Position numbers and translations under genes: made by a program | Notes under the pieces: model-generated | Told to the model about the DNA's origin: nothing | The model's input: only the letters and a program-made list of their open reading frames with translations | The model's database searches: none | In this document: piece by piece, positions 24,304 to 35,481 of the stretch | How positions within the stretch are numbered: the stretch's first letter is position 1 | Layout of the letters: each line of letters begins with the position of its first letter | Assembly: GCA_004022145.1 (NCBI GenBank) | Contig: RCNU01000001.1 | Length of the DNA: 64,000 bases | DNA from: Paecilomyces variotii | Lineage: Eukaryota | Reading direction: 5' to 3' (one strand)

Positions 24304-27300
24304 TTATTGATTGAGTTTCAATTTCAGCTTTAGCGGCCCACCGCCTGGTGTGGATGGCGTTGTGCCCCCTCCGCCAGGTGTTGGCGGTTGAGACTTAGGT
24401 GTACCGAAAGCTGGGATGTGGATTTTCATGGGAGGTTGTGGGTTTGCTGGGCTGGATGTTGATCCTAGTTTCGATGACTTGAAAGTGATTCTGGGAGCTG
24501 GAGGAGGCATTCCTTGATCGTCGCGTTTGCGTTTGCCCTGGCTGGTGGTAGGTTCTTTGGATAGAGGCCTTGTGCGGTACTTGGCCGTCTTGTAGAAACG
24601 TAGCTGACCCTTCGTGGAAGTTAGTGGCGGGTTTGCAGTAATGGTTGGGGAAGAGAGTGGGAAACGGCTCACCTTGCCAAGATGTTGTACACCCCAGTAG
24701 CGGGGGAATTTCAATGAGACCATCTTCGAATAGACGGGGTCGTACAGAACCTTACATAGGTCGAGGAACTCGGACATCTCCAGGACACTGATAACTGGGG
24801 AGTTGCATGCGGCCCAGAGTGACTCCTTCAGCGTGATATTCGCGGATATTTCCTGCTTCAGGGCATCAATGGCACCTGTTATAGTTTGTCGCCGTGCTAG
24901 ATCCGCCTGCCGGACTTCCGTTGACGACTCTTGTTCGATAATAAGACCGTCACCTTGTTGCGGATGAGTGTCATTCTGCTGCCCTTCACCAAAGGCAACT
25001 GGTGCAAGCGCTCTGCCGAAAAGACGATGGAGCTGCCATCGTAGCCAAGGCGATGGGTCAGCAGACATGGTGTAGATGAGCCATCTCAGCAACTCTGGAC
25101 TTCGGAAAACATCCAAATCTAGTAGACACTCGAAAGCGTCCAGTCGAAGACGATCGTAGGTACCGGCTCGCGTGTACTGGAGGAACTGCATGACGTCGAG
25201 CTCAATAAGCTTAGCTTGCATGAACTTGAGCTGGCACTTCAGCGCAGTCCTCGAGTAAATATTCTGGAACGAACTGGACCATTCGTCCATCCTGCGGTAT
25301 CTGTCAATTTCGGCAATGGAATCCTTTTCGATCTGTTCTTCCGCCTGGTTCTCTAGCTCGCGTTCCATGTCGAAATCGAGAACTGACGGATCGTCAGTCC
25401 CCCTCTTTTCAACTTTTCCGAGCAGAGCATTACATAATGACTGCATTAAAGTTGCGACATAGAAATTATCGGAAAACTCGTTGTTAGAGTTGTCGTTGAA
25501 CTTCAGTTTGTCGTAAAGAAACCGCTTGACTTTGAGTGGCGTCTTTCCCGAATTATCGCGAACCTGGGAAATCGCTTCGGGGATTACTAGCTGGAGCTTG
25601 TAGTTGGCCTGGTCCGAAAAATCATTCGATCGTGTCATTGGCGATCCCGGGATACAAAACAGCTCCTGGAAGGCCCTCTCCAAGTGATATAAGCCGAGCC
25701 AGTCAATGTCTTCCTTGGCGTGCTTCACCAAGGCCATTGCTGCTGTCGTGCGGATCCCATGGAAATACCTTCGATCCATCAATGTCCGTACAAATATCGT
25801 GGAGATCAGGGGATGTGGTCGCTGGGCTGCCATGTATTGTAGGGACTCCAGTTGCGCGACCACGTCCCTGTCCTGTTGCAATTGCGACAGGTACATATAC
25901 CCCGGCATCACGAGTGAGAGCTTGCAAATCCACTCGAAATCGGCATCCATACGGATCCATTCGTACGACTCCTGGCCCATACGTTCTTCATCCTCCTTGC
26001 TCCAATCCACCAGCTTCCAGTCTTGCACCTCTTCTTCGGTTTGTAGAACATCACCAAGGCAGTACAAAAGCACGTCGTCCTGCGCTTCAGAATTAGGATC
26101 CCCAGTGGAAGCAGCTGCGCGCTCTTTTTGCCTCTTGTTCCTTTTTAACCGTTTATATTTGGTATTGTATGGGATGTCGAACTTAGTTACGCCTTCCTTT
26201 ATCTCAACGATGTGCTCGTAAGGTGTGCCATCTGCCTCGTGGATGCGAATGGTCATCGAACCAGAAAACACCGGCTGTATTGTCCCTGCATAGATACCTC
26301 TGATCTCCTCCTTGACGTCGCGCATAAACGTGGATTTGTCGAGGTCCCGGTTGGTAGGCTGTTCAGACTGGACTTGCTTGATCATCATCTCGACCACCAG
26401 CTTCTTCTTGTTGAATCGTTGCGTTGCCTGGAAGCGTGGGCACCCAGCACCATACACCCATTGCTGGAAGAAGGTGTCTAGCTTAGCATGTCCGAAACGC
26501 TCACAAGTTTTCTGGAAGAAGGCACTTGTGACGGCCCCATTTGGCAGGTCACCCATTCGAGCATTGAGGAATATTCTTGAGATGATTCGAGACACGGTCG
26601 GTTTGCCACTCGCCTTGGTTAGCCTTCTTTCAAGGATAAACAGGACGAGGGGTGCTTTCAAAGCGATGAAATCGATCTCTGATGGGTCCAATTTCAAAAT
26701 ATTGCCCATGTCGAATATGGACGGACGCTCAAAGTCCAAGTCACAGACCCTGTCCGACATCTTTTTCAGTCGGAATCGGTATTCATTATTACCGCAAAGC
26801 TTTTTCATAAACGTATCCGTGATATAATATGCGATGCCGACAATCACCCACGTGTCCCCTGGTTCCTTAGGGACTATGTTGACGCCGATCCACTGTGATG
26901 CCAAGGCGTGAACCAACGTCCTCGTAGAGTCATACATGGGATCAAGGATTTCCTCCGGGAAAAGAAGGTGGTTGTTGCAGATCGACAACGACGCGACCGG
27001 GTTCGTATCGGTGCCAATCTCATCCACGAAACATATCTTGTAGCTGGAGAAGGGATAAGAACCGTAACTCAAAGAGAAGAAATCGATCGCCTTTGCCATA
27101 GGGAAGCATGTGTTTCTAACTTCATCTGCTCTTCCAGGCAAACAGAATGCATGGACAGGAATGGCGTTCTGTCCAAGCTGATCGTCTTGGTCGCTTTCAC
27201 GAAACTCGGATAGGTTCACGTATTCAAAAGGCCCAATCGCAAACCCTATCTGCTGAGCAGATAATGGCGAACTACACGCAAAAGATACTGTTTTCCTGCC

Positions 27301-28152
27301 AGGATCTCGGGGATCCGTAATCTCATCCGTCATATCACCAGAACAAGCAACCGTAATGTCCAGTGTTTCGTCATCAGCAGCTAGATAAGGACTGCGTGAG
27401 GCAGTGGACTTGTTGTTTTGCGTCTCCTTCGTTTTGCGATCGAACAGATCACCAAGCGTGGACGGACATTTGATTGAAATCTCCCACGTACATCGAGATG
27501 ACGGGTCATCGACACACGGAAATAAACATGATCCTGCGCCCAACCCCGTGCTATTGGTCGTAAATGCGTGTGGGTAACGTCTGTCACCGTTATTCAGCCC
27601 CACAAAATGCAAGCCTTCTCGGATATTGTCGATAGCAAATTCTGCGTAGACTGTCAAGGCCGTAAAGCGCGGAAGTGCCGTCTCTGCTGTTTTCGAGCTC
27701 AAGGGGCCATCCGCATCCTCCCCACTCCCAGTCGCACGCAGCGCCATCTGATTCTGCGCCTCGATGGAGAACGGATCCAACTCTTCTATACGGACGCTTT
27801 TGGGGATCATAACAACCAGTTCAGGGTCCGGCTGAGTTTTCAGGAGGGGATCAATCTTCGCAGCGAGGCGCTGGTGGTAGTGAGGCCCATAGAGGTTCAG
27901 CGAGTCATAGGGGTCTGTATATTTGGTCGTTGGAGCTTTGCCGCTCACGTTCAACCGCTTGAGGTCGCCTTGACGAAAGTTCAGTCGGATGAGCCTGAGG
28001 TCCTTATAATGAGGATGGATCGTGATCTCCGTCTTCCCCTTGAGACTCTTGTTCACAAAATCTATTTCCAGCTCCACCTTCTGATGCGCGACACTGTATC
28101 CAAGCCCTGGCCACGCGGGGCCTGCCGCCGGGGTTTCGACCACACCCGGCAT
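24304..28152 (-). CDS. taf2: Transcription initiation factor TFIID subunit 2 (M1-aminopeptidase-like fold)
   Basis: 1282-aa ORF with HQKVELEIDF, LFPCVDD, GSYPFSSYKICFV, LKAPLVLFIL, IRIHEADGTPYEHIV, EWIRMDADFEWIC and QLQQDRDVVAQLE; probable in-frame 63-nt intron 24610-24672. Confidence 0.95.
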   Translation of the reverse strand: MPGVVETPAAGPAWPGLGYSVAHQKVELEIDFVNKSLKGKTEITIHPHYKDLRLIRLNFRQGDLKRLNVSGKAPTTKYTDPYDSLNLYGPHYHQRLAAKIDPLLKTQPDPELVVMIPKSVRIEELDPFSIEAQNQMALRATGSGEDADGPLSSKTAETALPRFTALTVYAEFAIDNIREGLHFVGLNNGDRRYPHAFTTNSTGLGAGSCLFPCVDDPSSRCTWEISIKCPSTLGDLFDRKTKETQNNKSTASRSPYLAADDETLDITVACSGDMTDEITDPRDPGRKTVSFACSSPLSAQQIGFAIGPFEYVNLSEFRESDQDDQLGQNAIPVHAFCLPGRADEVRNTCFPMAKAIDFFSLSYGSYPFSSYKICFVDEIGTDTNPVASLSICNNHLLFPEEILDPMYDSTRTLVHALASQWIGVNIVPKEPGDTWVIVGIAYYITDTFMKKLCGNNEYRFRLKKMSDRVCDLDFERPSIFDMGNILKLDPSEIDFIALKAPLVLFILERRLTKASGKPTVSRIISRIFLNARMGDLPNGAVTSAFFQKTCERFGHAKLDTFFQQWVYGAGCPRFQATQRFNKKKLVVEMMIKQVQSEQPTNRDLDKSTFMRDVKEEIRGIYAGTIQPVFSGSMTIRIHEADGTPYEHIVEIKEGVTKFDIPYNTKYKRLKRNKRQKERAAASTGDPNSEAQDDVLLYCLGDVLQTEEEVQDWKLVDWSKEDEERMGQESYEWIRMDADFEWICKLSLVMPGYMYLSQLQQDRDVVAQLESLQYMAAQRPHPLISTIFVRTLMDRRYFHGIRTTAAMALVKHAKEDIDWLGLYHLERAFQELFCIPGSPMTRSNDFSDQANYKLQLVIPEAISQVRDNSGKTPLKVKRFLYDKLKFNDNSNNEFSDNFYVATLMQSLCNALLGKVEKRGTDDPSVLDFDMERELENQAEEQIEKDSIAEIDRYRRMDEWSSSFQNIYSRTALKCQLKFMQAKLIELDVMQFLQYTRAGTYDRLRLDAFECLLDLDVFRSPELLRWLIYTMSADPSPWLRWQLHRLFGRALAPVAFGEGQQNDTHPQQGDGLIIEQESSTEVRQADLARRQTITGAIDALKQEISANITLKESLWAACNSPVISVLEMSEFLDLCKVLYDPVYSKMVSLKFPRYWGVQHLGKVSRFPLSSPTITANPPLTSTKGQLRFYKTAKYRTRPLSKEPTTSQGKRKRDDQGMPPPAPRITFKSSKLGSTSSPANPQPPMKIHIPAFGTPKSQPPTPGGGGTTPSTPGGGPLKLKLKLNQ

Positions 28153-28806
28153 CGCGATGAGCGTTTAATCGTAGGTTGCGCCGGGTGCGCTATATGTGAC
28201 ATCCACCTTCATCTCCAGGCCGCCATATCATGTCAGATCGTCTTCTATAAAGCGCAAGTCGTAGAGAAGATCTGGAACTGTCAGAAGAGATGTGACTGTG
28301 ATCGTAACACCTGTTGCGCGACTCGTGCGGCGGGAGCAAGCTGGCGACGTCGTAGCTTCTTTCACAGTCGACAGAAGGTGGTGAGCGGCAAGTGGTGAAT
28401 AGCGCGCTTCACCAGCCACGCCAATAGAGACAATGGAAACGCCGCTCAAGGGCAACAAGGAGGACTGGAGAGCTGTTCGTTGCTCTCGACGCTGACGCTG
28501 ACGGAATCGAAGAAGCCGCAGATCGCGAAGCTCGGGCCATGGAGCAGGTGACACGTGATTTCTCAACTCCGCTACTCTAAACTCCGAGGCTGCCAATGCT
28601 CCTTTTCCTCTTCATTCCGCTCTTTTGTATAGCCCATCTCTCATCCATCCGGCCATTCGACAAGTTCTCTGCCGGTCTCTCTTCCGTTGCCAAATCGCTG
28701 TTGTGTGGCCCCACCTGGGTTGCTTTTCCCCGCAGGTGTCGCACCGGAGGTCGTCCACTTTCTCTCGCAGTTTATAAGTGTGTGAATAAAGAACCGCAGT
28801 GAAGAG

Positions 28807-30351
28807 ATGAGTGCGTTATTCAGGATGGTGCAAGGTAACTAACATCTCTTGACTCTGCCCACCATATAGTCGCCATTTTTCTCCTACTAACAAGATGTAT
28901 TCCAACCACACAGCGACGCAGGACTCGCTCTCCGATGAACATCTGGTGCACCTGAAGTCGTATAAATACTCCAGCGTCGACAAGTCCCCTATCTCGCGGT
29001 ACATATTGAAACACTACGTATTTCTCCCAATGCGCCATCGTACGTGATGATGTAACTGACTCGGACCTATACGCCTTAGTGGAATGCATTCGTCGAGCTG
29101 CTGCCGCTATGGATCGCTCCCAATATGGTCACCCTGTTGGGTTTCTTTTTCATTGTAGCCAATGTCATCTTTGTCGAGCTGTTCATGCCTGACCTAGTAG
29201 GGCCGGTACGTACATATATAATGCCTCCGACTAGTCCACAGCTAAGTCTGTCCATGATTATAGGGTCCTACCTGGCTTTACTACAGCTTTGCTTTCGGTG
29301 TTTGGATGTACTCGACTCTTGATAACGTTGACGGCAAGCAGGCCAGACGTACAGGGACTTCTAGTGGACTGGGGGAACTGTTCGAGTTCGTACATATACA
29401 CTACGCCGGTTCTGGGTTGGGAAGCTGACTGCTACAAGCCATGGAATCGATTCCCTGAACTGTACACTGGCAAGTCTGTTGGAAACAGCCGCCATGGGTC
29501 TCGGTGCCACCAAGATCGGTGCGTTTACGGCTCTCATTCCATGCCTGGCCATGTTCTTTTCGACCTGGGAAACATACCATACGCATACGCTCTACCTTGG
29601 ATATGTCAACGGTCCTACCGAAGGTCTCCTCATTGCTATTGCAGTCATGATCGCTTCAGGTCATTATGGACCCCAGATCTGGACATACCGCGTCTCAGAT
29701 TATCTGGGCTACTCAAACATTTTTGGAAAGTCTACATTCCAGGAACTCTGGGTATACGTTGTCTTCGGCTCATTCCTCATTGGTCACCTGCCAGCCTGCG
29801 TCCTGAATGTCTATCAGGCTAGAAAACGCCAGGGTCTCCCCTTCTTGCCAGTCCTCAAGGAGTGGCTCCCCATTAGCGTTTTCACTGGCTGCGTTGTTGC
29901 TTGGCTCTTCTCCCCCTACTCAACCTTGCTGGCGGAAAACAGACTAGTTCTGTTCTGCGTGACTATGTCATTTGTTTTTGGCCGCATGACTACTAAGATC
30001 ATCCTGGCTCATCTTCTCAAGCAGCCATTCCCGTACTGGACTGTTCTTATTACTCCGCTGATTGGAGGCGCGCTCCTTGGCAATCTACCCCGATTTGGTC
30101 TCCCCCAGGTCAGTGCTACCATCGAAGTATGGTACTTGCGAGGTTACCTGGTATTCGCCTTCGTTGCCTACATGCACTGGGCGCTCTTGGTCATCAACAG
30201 AATCACCACGTACCTGGGCATCAACTGCCTGACTATCAGGGAAGACAAGTCCGCGGCCAGAGAGAAAGTGTACCGCGATTTTGGAGAGGGAAAGCTGAAC
30301 GTCAACAACATTCGAACGGATACCAGCAAGGCCGGATTGAAGCACCATTAA
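28807..30351 (+). CDS. Choline/ethanolamine phosphotransferase (CPT1/EPT1-type CDP-alcohol phosphotransferase), multi-exon
   Basis: [62 protein letters not shown] (CDP-alcohol phosphotransferase motif), [22 protein letters not shown]. The start could be 28807 or 28825. Confidence 0.92.
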
Positions 30352-31743
30352 GGCAAACCATATTTTCCGAAGACGATCTGTGCAAGTGGCTCGAATCTAC
30401 TGCGTCCATCAATACAGACCATCTTCGACACTTGATCGCATCTCCGCACAGCCTACCATTTACGCCTCCACGTAGACTATGTCAGCATGATTGTTTTAAC
30501 GCATGACGTCACATAACGATTGAAGGAACGAACGCCAGTGCAATAGAAGACCACCATATTTGACGTGCTCGCGGAACGTGCAATTTTGTCAGGTTCCTGC
30601 GTCATCTGTTGAGGCATATCATGAACCACTTGCAGACCATAGTAAGGAGTTCTAGATCTCTACCATCTCCGTACTTTTGGTTCTACAACAAGAGTATATC
30701 ATATCATATTGTAATTATCAGTTGGCTACCCAACGCCTCTGGGTCATCTGGGTTTTTCAGCTGCCATTACGCCTGTCTATTTTGGCTTGGACAAACCCAT
30801 CAGAGAGCTCATTGGATAATGTTGGTTGTATATAATAACGATTCCCCTATATGTTTTCCTTGCTATATCAGATAGAGATCGAAATGAAAATCGCCTGTAA
30901 TGTTAGATATTGCCGCGGTTCACTCGTATATTCATGCCAAATAAGAGGAAGATCCACTACAAATTTCAAAGGCTATGCCAGGGGAGAAAAGATAAAAAGA
31001 AAAAAAAAAGCATAAACCATTATCATTGCACGAAGAATAGCAATACGAGTCCTTTCCAATTAGGTCTTGCGATACCCTCGCGCACAGATATTTTGACAAT
31101 TATCCATGTTTAAACCGCACGAGATGTGCGAAGTCCTCAAGCTTTGACATTATGGATTCGAATCTTCGGTATTTCAATATCATAAAGATCTACTGAGCAA
31201 GATTACTTAAACAGGCTAAGTATTCGCGTGCAATTACTGTGGAATCCCTGTCAATGGCGTCAAACGATTCATTTGAGACCAGACTGGGATATTACCACAT
31301 CCCCACACTCTGGGACAGTATAGAAATAATGATGTTCCGCATCGTGCTCGTCACAATTGGGCCTTTCGTTCTATTTTTTAAGGCGGAGAAGTTAGTCATG
31401 ATCATCTGCAAGTCCTATGGCAGTGTGCTTGAGGAAGAGAAACAATAGTCATACTGTATCCCACGCTCCAGTCGGTAGCAAGTTGGGTCGAGTGAACATT
31501 TCTGTTAAAAACCTTGGATCAAATTATTTTAATAGAAGAAATACTATTTTGGAAATTAAGAACTAATTATATAATTTGATATCCTGCGCAAAAAGAAACA
31601 AAACAAACACAGAACATCACTGATAGTGCACAATAGGTAACCGAATCGTAAATATATATAACTGAACATTGACCGAGAGGTTTCCTTTCCCGCCACATGA
31701 CCATCATCATTCATCGTTTCTATTCACGAGTAGAGAGGCCAAT

Positions 31744-34700
31744 TTATTTCTTCTTGCTACCCAACCCCAACGCTTCCGTAATGGAGCCAAGTCCTAGACC
31801 CTGGAACAAGCGATCGATACCCAGTCCACCGAGTAGTCCGTGAACAAGGGGTCCGAGGCCCAGACCTTCGAGCAGTCTTCCAACCAGACCCAGTACACCG
31901 GTAAGAAGCAGTCCAACCGCCGCAATGATCTGGAAGAGCGGTTCGCTGAGCAGGGCCCAGAGAGGGTTCAGCTTCTTCTTGGCATGAGGCATATCGGCAA
32001 TGCGCTTGCGGGCGTTGTCAATGGTCTTGACGACTGTCTCAGTGAGTTCTTTGAGGACGTCCGCGAGCTGGTATTCTTCAGGAGTGGCATCGCGCTGGGC
32101 AGCTCGTGCTTTGGCGGTTGCGGCGATGCGGCCATCCGGGTCAAGAGCGCGGATGGCTCCGTTGCATTCTTGAAGCATGCGGCCGCCTTCTTCGATCAGG
32201 GGCTTGACTTCCTGGACGAGCTTTTCTTCGTCGAGCTCTTCCTTTGGTGTGCGGTCGGCTTTCTCGATGTGCTGCAGATACAGGATTAGTATATCGTAGA
32301 TATGGAAACATTAAAACGTAGAATAGAGCAAGCAACATACCTCTGTGATCATCTTACAGACAGGCTGGATCTGGGAGAGCGTTTGCTGGACAATGTTGGT
32401 CATCTTCTGTGCCAACTGCTTATCCTCTTCCGCTTTCTTCTGCTTCTCAAGCTCCTCTGGAGAAGGCCCTTCTTCTTCATCAGGCAGGTTTTCGATCAGA
32501 GTACATTCGCCGATCTTGTTGCCGTCGTTATCTACGACGTAGCCATTGTCATCAATCTCTTTGCCGATGAGGTTCTTCAGATTGCCCTCCGTCAACTTGC
32601 CGATGAGATTGCCGTCAGCATCACGGACCTCGCCTTCTTTGTTGACTTTGCGGCCAGACATAGGGTTGACGTTTCGCTTCTTCTCCTCAGGCTCCCAGCG
32701 CTCAGCTTTACCGATGCTGTTGCCGGATTTGTCCAGGATATCACCATCCTCGTCGACCTTGCGACCCTCGAGTTTCTTGCTGTCTCCCTGAGTGACACGG
32801 CCGACGATCTTGCTAGAGGCATCGGTGACCATGCCGTCCTTGCTGACGACTAGATTTTCGAAGCCGTAGAAAGGTCCTTCAGGTCTCTCCTGCTCGTCTC
32901 CTGGGATGAGCTCAGCCTTACCAATGACCTTGCCATCATCGCTCCAGATCTGACCTTGACCGTCGACTTTCTTGCCGGCAAGCTTCTTTGGGTCGCCGGA
33001 GGTGATACGGCCAAAGACGGTACCATGCTCATCAACCACGTTACCAGCCTTGTTGACCACCTTTCCAGCCAGGGCAGACAAGTTTTTTTCGGGAACTTCT
33101 TCCTCTGGGGGCTCGTAAGGCTCCACATGTCCCTTGACGTTACCGTGCTTGTCAACAATATCTCCGTCTTCGTCGACAGCGCGTCCGCGGAGCTTCTTGG
33201 GGTCTCCTTCCACGACCTTGCCCACAATGCTTCCCTCCTCATCTTCAACGAAGCCTTCTTTGTTCACCACAAGTCCCTCAAGTCCGGCGAAGGGACCCTC
33301 GGGATTGGTCTCTCGTTCATCCTCTGGGATGAGCTCAACACGTCCGATGACCTTCCCGGAGTCATTCCAAATTTGACCTTCTCCGTCGATTTTCTTACCG
33401 GCGAGTTCCTTCGGGTTCCCCTCGACAACGCGGGCAATAGGGACCTGATCGGGCCCAATGACATTACCAGCCTTGTTGGGAGTCAGACCATTAACAACTG
33501 ACAGGTCGGGCTTTTCTGGCTCTGGCTCTTCAGGCTCCTCCCAACGCTCAGCGTGGCCGACAACGTTACCGCGCTTGTCGAGAACGTCGCCATCCTCGTC
33601 CACAGCTCGACCAACGAGCTTCTTTGCGTCACCGTCAACGAGCTTGCCAACGCGGTGTTCATTTTCATCTTCGACCCATCCGTTATCGACAATAATCAGG
33701 CCATCCAGACCTGCGAAAGGTGCCTCGTCCTCAGGCTCTTCCACGGGAATGGTCTTAGCTTTGCCAATTACATTTCCACGGTTGTCCCAGAACTGGGCCT
33801 TGTCATCGAGTTGGACTCCAAGCTTTGACAACTTTTTGGGATCGCCTTCGATGAGCTCTCCCACTGGAGTTCCATCTTCCCTGACAATCTTTCCTTGCTT
33901 GTTGCACTTCATACCTTCGAGGGAGGAGAGCGGAGGGAGCTCTTCTTCAGCCTCCTGATCAGCATCTTCTGCTTCCTGCTCTGCATCCTCGGTAGCCTCT
34001 TCTGTCTTTCTAGCGGCATCAGCCAGACCGACCTTTCCAACAATGTTGCCGTCGTCATCCACGACTAGGCCTCTCTGGTTGACAACTTTTCCGGCTGCCT
34101 CACTAGCATTGCCGCTCTCGAGGGTACCCATGACATTGCCTTCGTCATCCAAGACCTGGCCCTGATCATTGACCTCGCGCTCATCGAAGATGCTCAGGTC
34201 GGGGCCTGAAGGAGCATATGCAGTTGATTCATCAGCGGTCTGTTCAGCATCCTCTTTGGCTTCGTCCGCTTTGTCTCTGGCACCTTGGGCTTGATCATCA
34301 ACGGTTTCCTTTGCTTCATCTGTCTTGTCCTCGACGGCTTTCTTCGCCTCTTGCCTAACGAGCTCGGCTCGGCCAATTGGGTCGCCATCCTCGTCCACAA
34401 TATCCCCTTCGCCGTTTAGTGTGTAGCCCTCGAGGTCTTCCGGGTCACCTTCAACGAGCTTTGCGAGGACGTTGCCTTTACTATCTTTGATCACTCCTCC
34501 GGGAGAGACAGGCAGACCCTCTAGGTCGGCCAGACTAGGCAGAGAATCTTTGGCCTTCTCAGTCGTGTCCTTTGCCTGTTCAGGAACCTCCTTGGCCTTG
34601 TCAGAGACACGCTGAGCTGCCTCTGGCAGGACTTCGACGCGGCCAACGAGGTCTCCATCTTCATCGAGGATCTCCCCGTTGTCACCAATGACCTGCCCAA

Positions 34701-35481
34701 CGAGGTCTTCTGGTTCTCCTTCGACGACGCGACCAAGCGGATTGCCGGCCTGGTCGAGAACCTTTCCACCTTCGCCGACCTCGAGACCTTTCAAAATTGA
34801 TAGGTCTACGGGCACATTGTCACCCACGATATATTTGCCTTTCTTGGCAGTATCCTGGACCGTATCCTTAACACCGCCAGCGAGACTCTGTGCACTTGAT
34901 GCTTTATTGGCAAGGCCCTTTGCCCGACCCAAGAAGGATCCGGAGCCTGAGCCCGATGCCTGCTGGTCTTCTTGTGGAACCTCGCGTTGTTCCTTCGGCT
35001 TAGGCTTTTGCTCCTCCTCAGACTCCTCCTCACTGACAGGTTCTGGCTCCGCTTCCTGCAAATCGCCCTCGTCCTGGTCCCCTTCGGACTCCTCTCCCTC
35101 TTCTTCTTCTCCGCCCTCATTGTCTTCCATCTCAATGCCCTGCTGTTGGGGCTGGTCTTCTTCCTCCTCGTTCTCATCCTCTTCCTCGGGTTCCTCTGGC
35201 TCCTCCTGGGGCGGCGGAGACTTTGGCACTCTTTGCTCGGATTGTCTGCCCTTCTTTCCTGACTTTGGGGTCTGCGGAGTAGCCTTGGGTGACTGCTCTG
35301 CCTTTTCCGTAGCCGGGCTTGCTTGCTCCTTTGCTTTCGAACCGACCTTGGGTGGAGTAGGCTTGGACGGGGTTCCTGGAGCCGGGCTACCTTTCGACGA
35401 AGATGTACCCTTCACACTCTTGGTTGGAGTAGAAGGGCCCTTCTGGGAGAGCTTGGGAGGTCGAGAAGTAGAAGCAGACAT
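31744..35481 (-). CDS. Large acidic repeat protein (DUF3659-type repeats, often annotated 'LEA domain protein')
   Basis: Disordered acidic N-terminus, about 10 repeats of G-x-V-x-D-x-x-G-x-x-I/V-G-x-V-x-E-G-D-P-K-K-L-x-G, intron 32272-32340, C-terminal helical and Gly/Leu-rich tail (LSEPLFQIIAAVGLLL). Confidence 0.85.

Noticed and set aside
25536-28398. Plus-strand ORFs of up to 276 aa antisense to TAF2
   Set aside because: Shadow ORFs expected from codon bias of the real gene
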